A program made the position numbers and the translations under genes. A DNA stretch of 32,000 nt from Geobacter sulfurreducens PCA (GTDB taxonomy: Bacteria > Desulfobacterota > Desulfuromonadia > Geobacterales > Geobacteraceae). The stretch's first letter is position 1, and each line of letters begins with the position of its first letter. The stretch covers positions 960,001 to 992,000 of the forward strand of contig NC_002939.5 of the NCBI RefSeq assembly GCF_000007985.2, read 5' to 3'. Shown here piece after piece: positions 26,116 through 32,000 of the stretch. The notes beneath the pieces were generated by a model that worked only from the letters and a program-made list of their open reading frames with translations, had not been told where the DNA came from and made no database searches.

Positions 26116-28542
26116 CTATCCTGCCTCCGGTGTTCCTTCTGTCGGGGCTTCTTTCTTTTTGCGCGGAGCCCGTTTTTTCTTGGGCGGCTCGTCAGCGGCA
26201 GGCTCCGGGACAGGGGGCTGTACCGGGGCGGGTGCCGGTTCGGAGGTGGTCTTTTTGCGCGTGGCCCGTTTTTTTGCCGGTTTTGCTTCGGCCGGCGTGA
26301 CCGGGGTCGCTTCAGCTGCGGCAGGCGCCTGCTGTTCCTCGGGGAGAGCCACGGCGGGCTCGGTCTTCTCGGGCTTTTCGGCCGCTTTTTTGCGGCTGCG
26401 GGGCGCGCGCGTCTTTTTGGGAGCGGGCTCGGCGCTTTCTGGGGACGCTTCGGCCGGGGCGAGCTCCGGTTCGGGCTCCGCGGCACGGGGCTCAGCCGGC
26501 TCCACTTCCGTTGCCGGCGCCTCGGTCGCCTCGCCGGCACGTTTTGGGGTCCGGCGCTTGCGCCGCCGCCGCTTCTTCTTCACCTCTTCCGAAGCTTCTC
26601 CTGCTTCTTCGGCAGGGATCGGCGCTTCGGTGGTCTCCTCTTCTGCCGGCTCTTCGGCGATCTCCGGGGCTGAAGCTTCTTCGGCCGCGGTTTCGTCCGC
26701 TTTTGCCTTCTTGCCGCGCCGCCGCTTGCGCCGCCGCTTCTTCCTGGCTTCTTCGCCCGGAGCCTCCCCTTCCGCCGTTTCTTCGCCAGCCGCGGCCTCC
26801 GGTTCTTCTCCGCCGCCGGCTTCGAGCTCCTCGGGTTCTTCGATTTCAGCAGCCGCTACGGACTCTACCATCTCTTCGGCTTCGGCCTTGCCCTTCCGGC
26901 GGCTGCGGCGCCGTTTCTTTTTCTTGCCCTCGGTCTCGGCTGTCGATGCCTCGGCCGGGACGTCGGTCCCTTCGGCTGCTTCGGGCAGCCCTTCGGCGAG
27001 CGCCTCTGCCACCTTCTCCGCGTGCTCTTCATGTGTTTCCACGTGGGCCGGCTTTTCGCGCCTGACCAGCTCCAGTTCCAGCTGGTTCATCAGGAACGAG
27101 GTCTTGCCCTTCACGGTCACGACGATGTCGTACTCGTTCTCGATCTGGGCCAGTTCCCTCTTCTTGCGGTTCAGCAGGTAGTAGGCGACCTCCAGGGGAA
27201 GCCCGCCGTGCACCTCGGCCACGGTCCCCTTGGCCGCTGCGGCGTGGACCTTGCGCAGGAAGGAGAGTGCCATGTTCTCGACGCTCTTCACCTTGCCCCG
27301 CCCGCTGCAGTGCGGGCATTCGAGGGTGCTTCCCTGTTCGAGGGTCTGGCGAATCCGCTGGCGCGACATCTCCAGCATGCCGAACTGGGAAATGCGCCCC
27401 ACCGTGACCCGGGCCTTGTCACCCTTGAGGGCCGCCTTCAGGGTCTTTTCCACGGCGGTGATGTGCTTCTTGTCCCGCATGTCGATGAAGTCGAGCACGA
27501 TGAGCCCGCCCAGGTCGCGCATCCGCAGCTGACGGGCAGCCTCTTCGGCCGCTTCCAGATTGGTCTTGTAGGCGGTGTCCTCGACCCCCTTCTCGCCGGT
27601 GGTCTTGCCTGAGTTGACGTCGATGGATACCAGGGCCTCGGTTGGCTCAATGATGAGGTAGCCGCCCGATTTGAGGGGAACTTTCTTTTCGTAGATGAGG
27701 TCGATCTGTTCTTCGATCTGGTAGCGGGAGAAGATGGGGCGCTTTTCCGTGTGGAGCTTCACCAGCTTCTCGAACTTGGGCATGGTCTGCTTGAAGAATT
27801 CGCGGGCCTGCTTGTAGACGTCCTTGCTGTCCACCAGCACTTCGTCGATCTCGGCGGTGAAGTAGTCGCGGATGGTGCGGATGACCACGTCCAGTTCCCG
27901 GTGGAGAAGAGTGGGGCCCTTGGCCGCGGCTGCCTTGTCCACGATGCCCTGGTGGAGCTTCACCAGGTACTGGAGATCCTTGGCCAGTTCCGTCTTGGTC
28001 TTGCCCAGGGCCTCGGTCCGGACGATGTAGCCGTAGCCTTCGGGGATTTCCAGCTCGGCCACCTTTTCCTTGAGCTTCTTCCGGTCGGACTCGCTCTCCA
28101 CCTTGCGGGAAATGCCCGCCGAGTCGCTGCCGGGCATGAGCACCATGTAGCGGCCCGGAAACGACATGTAGGTGGTCAGAGCCGCGCCCTTCATGTCCCG
28201 TTCGCCCTTTTCCACCTGGACAATGAGCTCCTGCCCCCGGCGGATGACTTCCTGGATGCGGGGACGGCGGCTGCGGCTCTCTTCGGGGATATCGCTGCGC
28301 CATTGCCAGAACGAGGGATGGATTTCCCCCATCTGGAGGAAGCCGAGCCGTTTCAGTCCGATGTCGACGAAGGCGGCCTGCAGTCCCGGTTCCACCCGGA
28401 CCACCACCCCCTTGTAGACGTTGCCTCGGGTTTGTTCGCTCCCCTCGATTTCGATGTCCAGATCAACCAGCTTGCCGTCTTCAACGATGGCGACGCGTGA
28501 TTCCTCCGGATGCATCACGTTGATGAGCATCTTTTTTGCCAT
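26116..28542 (-). CDS. rne: Ribonuclease E (RNase E/G family with a long disordered C-terminal domain)
   Basis: 808 aa from the ATG at 28542 (MAKKMLINVMHPEESRVAIVEDGKL...). It has an S1 domain (GNVYKGVVVRVEPGLQAAFVDIG) and a Zn-link (CPHCSGRG). The tail of about 309 aa is rich in Glu, Ala, Pro, Lys and Arg. Confidence 0.9.
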   Translation of the reverse strand: MAKKMLINVMHPEESRVAIVEDGKLVDLDIEIEGSEQTRGNVYKGVVVRVEPGLQAAFVDIGLKRLGFLQMGEIHPSFWQWRSDIPEESRSRRPRIQEVIRRGQELIVQVEKGERDMKGAALTTYMSFPGRYMVLMPGSDSAGISRKVESESDRKKLKEKVAELEIPEGYGYIVRTEALGKTKTELAKDLQYLVKLHQGIVDKAAAAKGPTLLHRELDVVIRTIRDYFTAEIDEVLVDSKDVYKQAREFFKQTMPKFEKLVKLHTEKRPIFSRYQIEEQIDLIYEKKVPLKSGGYLIIEPTEALVSIDVNSGKTTGEKGVEDTAYKTNLEAAEEAARQLRMRDLGGLIVLDFIDMRDKKHITAVEKTLKAALKGDKARVTVGRISQFGMLEMSRQRIRQTLEQGSTLECPHCSGRGKVKSVENMALSFLRKVHAAAAKGTVAEVHGGLPLEVAYYLLNRKKRELAQIENEYDIVVTVKGKTSFLMNQLELELVRREKPAHVETHEEHAEKVAEALAEGLPEAAEGTDVPAEASTAETEGKKKKRRRSRRKGKAEAEEMVESVAAAEIEEPEELEAGGGEEPEAAAGEETAEGEAPGEEARKKRRRKRRRGKKAKADETAAEEASAPEIAEEPAEEETTEAPIPAEEAGEASEEVKKKRRRRKRRTPKRAGEATEAPATEVEPAEPRAAEPEPELAPAEASPESAEPAPKKTRAPRSRKKAAEKPEKTEPAVALPEEQQAPAAAEATPVTPAEAKPAKKRATRKKTTSEPAPAPVQPPVPEPAADEPPKKKRAPRKKKEAPTEGTPEAG

Positions 28543-28674
28543 TGATTTCAGTCCTTTGTGCGGTCTGCGGAATGCCCCGCGCCGCGGAAATGTATGGTCG
28601 CCCGCGGCACAGGCCGCGCGACCCGATGGGTATTCGAACGCCCCATAGGCGCTGAAGGTCGATAAAACCTCAAA

Positions 28675-28683
28675 AGTATAGCA
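28675..28683 (-). promoter_or_regulatory. Candidate extended -10 promoter element for rne
   Basis: Minus strand reads TGcTATACT (TGn plus a TATACT -10). There is no good -35. It would give a leader of about 125 nt. Confidence 0.3.
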
Positions 28684-28743
28684 GAGTTTTCCCTTGTGTA
28701 ATAAGAAAAAACTGGCCCCTGGTGCGCCCGCCTGCCGGAGCAA

Positions 28744-28773
28744 TTGACAAAATCGCGGGGCACCCCCTAGTAT
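28744..28773 (+). promoter_or_regulatory. Candidate sigma-70 promoter for the second ABC-F gene
   Basis: Perfect TTGACA (28744-28749), an 18-nt spacer, then TAGTAT, about 40 nt upstream of the ATG at 28814. Confidence 0.4.
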
Positions 28774-28813
28774 AGCCCTGTAGCGCTAACGGAACGCGGT
28801 TCGGGATACCTTC

Positions 28814-30751
28814 ATGCTCCATCTGAGAAAACTGTCAAAGGATTTCGCCGGCACCTCCCTGTTCGCGGAGATCGACTGGCATCTGAAAAAGGGGGAACGG
28901 GTCGGCCTCGTGGGCGAGAACGGGGCCGGGAAGTCGACCCTGATGCGCATCGTTGCCGGGCTCGTGGAACAGACATCGGGCGAGCTCATCTTCGCCCGGG
29001 GCGCCACGGTGGGCTACCTTCCCCAGGACGGGATCGTGACCCGCGGCCGAGGGCTCCTGGCGGAGGCCATGACCGCTCTGGAAGACCTTCAGTCCCTGGA
29101 ACGGGAGCTGCACGAACTGACGTCGCGGCTGGAGAATATCTCTCACGATGCGCCGGAGCACGGCGAGTGTCTCGAACGCTACGGCCGGCTCCAGGAGGAG
29201 TTCCGGCTGCGGGGCGGATACTCCATGGAGGCGGAGGCCTGCCGGGTCCTGGACGGGCTCGGCTTCACCACCGGCGACCGGCAGCGCGACTGCGGCGAGT
29301 TTTCCGGCGGCTGGCAGATGCGGATCGCCCTGGCCAAGCTCCTGCTGAAAAAGCCCAACGTGCTGCTGCTGGACGAGCCGACCAACCACCTGGACATCGA
29401 GGCCCGCAACTGGCTTGAGGGGTATCTCCAGGAGTATCCCCATTCGGTCATCCTCGTCTCCCACGACCGCTTCTTCATGGACCAGGTCTGCCACCGGATC
29501 ACGGAGGTCTGGAACGGCACCCTTACCGACTATCATTGCTCGTACAGCCGCTACCTGACGGCCCGGGAGGAGCGGGTGGCGGCCCTGCTCGAGGCGAAGC
29601 GGCGCCAGGACGAGGAAGTCGCCAAGATCGAGGACTTCATCAACCGCTTCCGCTACAAGGCTGACAAGGCGGCCCTGGTCCAATCGCGGGTCAAACAGCT
29701 GGAAAAGATCGAGCGGATCGTGTTGCCGCCTGAGCGCAAGAAGATCCGCTTCCGCTTCCCCGATCCCCCCAAGAGCGGCAGGATCGTGCTGGAGCTGAAG
29801 GGGGTGACCAAAGCCTACGGCAGTCACGTGGTCCTGGACGGGATCGATCTGACGGTGGAGAAGGGAGAGCGGATCGCCCTGGTGGGGCACAACGGCGCCG
29901 GCAAGTCGACCCTCATGGGGGTGCTGGCCGGCAAGCCGTTCCAGGGAGGGGAGCGGATCGCCGGCCACAACGTGGTTGCCGACTACTTCGCCCAGGACCA
30001 GGCCCAGGTGCTGGACGGCGCGAAAACGGCCCACGAGGAACTGCTGGCCGACGCACCCTTCGACATGGTGCCCCAGCTGCGGGACATCCTCGGCGCCTTC
30101 CTCTTCACCGGCGACGACATCCACAAGCGGGTAGAGGTCCTCTCGGGCGGCGAGCGGAACCGGCTGGCACTGGCCAAGATGCTGTTGCGGCCCTCGAACT
30201 TGCTGCTGATGGACGAGCCAACCAACCACCTGGACCTCTTCAGCAAGGAGGTGCTGCTGGACGCCCTCAAGACCTTTGCCGGCACCGTGGTCTTCGTCTC
30301 CCACGACCGGCACTTCATCGACGGCCTGGCCACCCGGGTCGTGGAGGTGGAGGGAGGTCGGCTTACCAGCTATCACGGCGACTACGAGTATTACCTGCGG
30401 AAAAAAGCAGCGGACGATTGCCCGGCCCCACAGGCCGCCGCTGGCCGGTCCCAGGTGCCTGACGCATCGGCCGGGTCGCCGACCGCGGAATCCAAGGAGG
30501 AGCGGCAGCGCCAGCGGGAGGAGGAAAAGGCCCGCCAGCGGGACGAAAAGCGCCGCCTGAAGCGCCTCGAAGAGCTGGAATCCGCCATTGCCGCCGAAGA
30601 AGGGCTCCTGGCCGACCTGGAGGCGCGCATGGCTGATCCGGCCTTTTTCGATGACCACGAGCAGGCCCGGCGGGGGGGCGAAGAACATGCCGGACTCACC
30701 GCTCGCATTGCCTCCCTGTACGAAGAATGGGAGAGCGTCGCCGCAGGCTGA
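28814..30751 (+). CDS. ABC-F family ATPase (second paralogue)
   Basis: 645 aa with two cassettes (Walker A GENGAGKST and GHNGAGKST; signatures FSGGWQMR and LSGGERNR), no TM domain, and a Glu/Arg/Lys-rich C-terminal coiled coil. Confidence 0.9.
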   Translation: MLHLRKLSKDFAGTSLFAEIDWHLKKGERVGLVGENGAGKSTLMRIVAGLVEQTSGELIFARGATVGYLPQDGIVTRGRGLLAEAMTALEDLQSLERELHELTSRLENISHDAPEHGECLERYGRLQEEFRLRGGYSMEAEACRVLDGLGFTTGDRQRDCGEFSGGWQMRIALAKLLLKKPNVLLLDEPTNHLDIEARNWLEGYLQEYPHSVILVSHDRFFMDQVCHRITEVWNGTLTDYHCSYSRYLTAREERVAALLEAKRRQDEEVAKIEDFINRFRYKADKAALVQSRVKQLEKIERIVLPPERKKIRFRFPDPPKSGRIVLELKGVTKAYGSHVVLDGIDLTVEKGERIALVGHNGAGKSTLMGVLAGKPFQGGERIAGHNVVADYFAQDQAQVLDGAKTAHEELLADAPFDMVPQLRDILGAFLFTGDDIHKRVEVLSGGERNRLALAKMLLRPSNLLLMDEPTNHLDLFSKEVLLDALKTFAGTVVFVSHDRHFIDGLATRVVEVEGGRLTSYHGDYEYYLRKKAADDCPAPQAAAGRSQVPDASAGSPTAESKEERQRQREEEKARQRDEKRRLKRLEELESAIAAEEGLLADLEARMADPAFFDDHEQARRGGEEHAGLTARIASLYEEWESVAAG

Positions 30752-30801
30752 GGAGTGGGTGTTCCTATCCCCGCGACCTTGTTGCATTCACGCGCCATTC
30801 A

Positions 30802-30830
30802 TTGACAGGCGCGGCTTCAGAGGCTACTCT
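30802..30830 (+). promoter_or_regulatory. Candidate sigma-70 promoter for lon
   Basis: Perfect TTGACA (30802-30807), a 17-nt spacer, then TACTCT, about 50 nt upstream of the lon ATG. Confidence 0.45.
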
Positions 30831-30880
30831 TTCTGTACTCTGCCGCCACCGTGAGCCGCTCGACCAGAGGGTCAGTTCCC

Positions 30881-32000
30881 ATGTCCGAGTCCGTGTCGAT
30901 ATCAGTCCCCGCCGTTCTTCCGCTCTTTCCCCTCCGGGAGATCGTCGCCTTTCCCTATATGATCTTCCCGCTGTTCCTCAAGGACGACGAACTGACCGCG
31001 TTCGAGGACATGCTCGGCCACGAGCAGATGGTGGTGCTCGCCCGGACCCGGGAAGAGGCGGTGCCCGGCCAGACGCCACAGCTCTGCGAGATCGGCACCC
31101 TCTGCAAGGTGAACCAGATCTACCGGCTTCCCGAGGGGGGCGGCAAGGTGGTCCTGGAGGGGGTCGTGCGGGTACGGATCCTGGACGTGGCGGATACGCT
31201 TCCCCACATCCAGGTCCGCTGTGAGGTGGTCCACGAGTTCTTCGAGAAGTCAGTGGTTTCCGAAGCTCTGGTCCAGAGTCTCAACGCACTCCTCAAGATC
31301 GCTCTTTCGTATGGTCGCCCCCTGCCGGACGACGTCATGAAGATGATCGACCTGATCGACAACCCGGCCCGGCTGGCGGACCTGGTGGCCCTCTACGTGA
31401 ACCTCCCCCTGGACGAGCAGCAGCGGCTCCTGGAGACCGTGGACCCCCTTGAGCGGCTCAAGAAGGTGTACATGCACCTGACTGCCGAGGTGCAACGGCT
31501 CCAGGTGAAGGGCGAAGTGCAGGCCGAAGTGACCCGCCGGGTGGGGAAGAGCCAGAAGGAGTACCTGCTGCGGGAGCAGATGAAGCAGATCCAGGAGGAG
31601 CTTGGCGAGGAGGACCCGCGCGGCACCGAGATGACCGAGCTGCGGAGCCGGATCCAGAACGCCGGCATGCCCGACGAGGTCCGCAAGATCGCCGACAAGG
31701 AACTCAAGCGGCTGGACCGGATCAATCCTTCGTCCCCCGAATACACGGTGGCCCGCACCTATCTGGACTACCTGGCCGGCATGCCCTGGGGCAGGTCGAC
31801 GGCGGACAACCATGACATCAACCAGGCCGAGGCGGTGCTGGACGAAGACCACTACGACCTGAAGAAGGTCAAGGAACGGATTCTCGAATACCTGGCCGTC
31901 CGGACCCTGCGCGAGAGGATGAAGGGGCCGATCCTCTGCTTCGTGGGCCCGCCGGGGGTGGGAAAGACGAGCCTCGGCAAGTCCATCGCCCGGGCCCTGG
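30881..32000 (+). CDS. lon: ATP-dependent Lon protease, N-terminal part (runs off the window)
   Basis: This ORF is absent from the ORF track because it has no stop in the window. My translation from the ATG at 30881 gives MSESVSISVPAVLPLFPLREIVAFPYMIFPLFL..., a Lon N-domain, and reaches the Walker A GPPGVGKTS at the window end. Confidence 0.95.
   Translation, partial: MSESVSISVPAVLPLFPLREIVAFPYMIFPLFLKDDELTAFEDMLGHEQMVVLARTREEAVPGQTPQLCEIGTLCKVNQIYRLPEGGGKVVLEGVVRVRILDVADTLPHIQVRCEVVHEFFEKSVVSEALVQSLNALLKIALSYGRPLPDDVMKMIDLIDNPARLADLVALYVNLPLDEQQRLLETVDPLERLKKVYMHLTAEVQRLQVKGEVQAEVTRRVGKSQKEYLLREQMKQIQEELGEEDPRGTEMTELRSRIQNAGMPDEVRKIADKELKRLDRINPSSPEYTVARTYLDYLAGMPWGRSTADNHDINQAEAVLDEDHYDLKKVKERILEYLAVRTLRERMKGPILCFVGPPGVGKTSLGKSIARAL

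Noticed and set aside
26105-27181. Repetitive, low-complexity DNA that might suggest a repeat array or CRISPR-like periodicity, together with a 358-aa plus-strand ORF.
   Set aside because: The periodicity comes from the Lys/Arg and Glu/Ala/Pro codon runs of the RNase E tail on the minus strand. There are no identical repeats separated by unique spacers, and the plus-strand ORF is an antisense shadow.
28835-30787. A 650-aa antisense ORF opposite the second ABC-F gene. Similar long shadow ORFs occur at 3407..4864, 4888..6468, 6619..8355, 10138..11196, 13724..14731, 20132..21586 and 21979..23259.
   Set aside because: Each lies antisense or out of frame to a gene with unmistakable family motifs. 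Their products are Arg/Gly/Pro/Ala-rich with no motifs. Long stop-free antisense frames are expected at this GC content.
30768-30800. Heat-shock (sigma-32)-like promoter upstream of lon (CTTGTT...CCATTCAT).
   Set aside because: The spacing between the two elements is about 9-11 nt rather than 13-15 nt, and the matches are partial. The TTGACA-17-TACTCT sigma-70 candidate fits better.

Overview
High-GC (clearly above 60%) bacterial chromosomal window. It is densely coding and contains no rRNA, tRNA, CRISPR array, transposase or integrase that I can recognise. Gene content suggests a Geobacter-like Desulfuromonadota genome; this is an inference, not a database result. I call about 30 genes, in this order:
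- A small ORF plus tldD (-).
- A secreted FGE-sulfatase-domain protein, recQ and a DUF445 membrane protein (+).
- A Trm112-ribbon methyltransferase and a YkgJ Cys-cluster protein (-).
- A five-gene signalling operon (-): small protein, HDOD protein, GAF-like histidine kinase and two receiver-only response regulators. It sits behind a near-consensus sigma-28 (FliA) promoter.
- rpsU and a cspA-family gene (-).
- A tightly packed tungsten aldehyde:ferredoxin oxidoreductase cluster of the aorABCDE type (-): ferredoxin, AOR, FAD oxidoreductase, MoaD-like and ThiF-like genes.
- A membrane-anchored hypothetical (-).
- The ABC-F gene uup, a DEAD-box helicase and a self-contained orphan gene (+).
- An MCP with a second sigma-28 promoter (-).
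- A cassette of two tiny hydrophobic ORFs, a strong terminator, an archaeal-type SAM synthetase and ybaN (-). A ~300-nt AT-rich island precedes it.
- RNase E with a charge-patterned C-terminal tail (-).
- A second ABC-F ATPase and the 5' part of lon (+).

The ORF track also lists many long antisense or out-of-frame ORFs. These are typical high-GC artefacts and I rejected them.

No single locus is a clear-cut novel system. The best candidates for undescribed biology are the FliA-type-promoter HDOD/kinase/CheY-like operon and the small-ORF plus archaeal-type MAT plus YbaN cassette.

All promoter, terminator and family calls come from reading motifs by eye and need computational or experimental confirmation.
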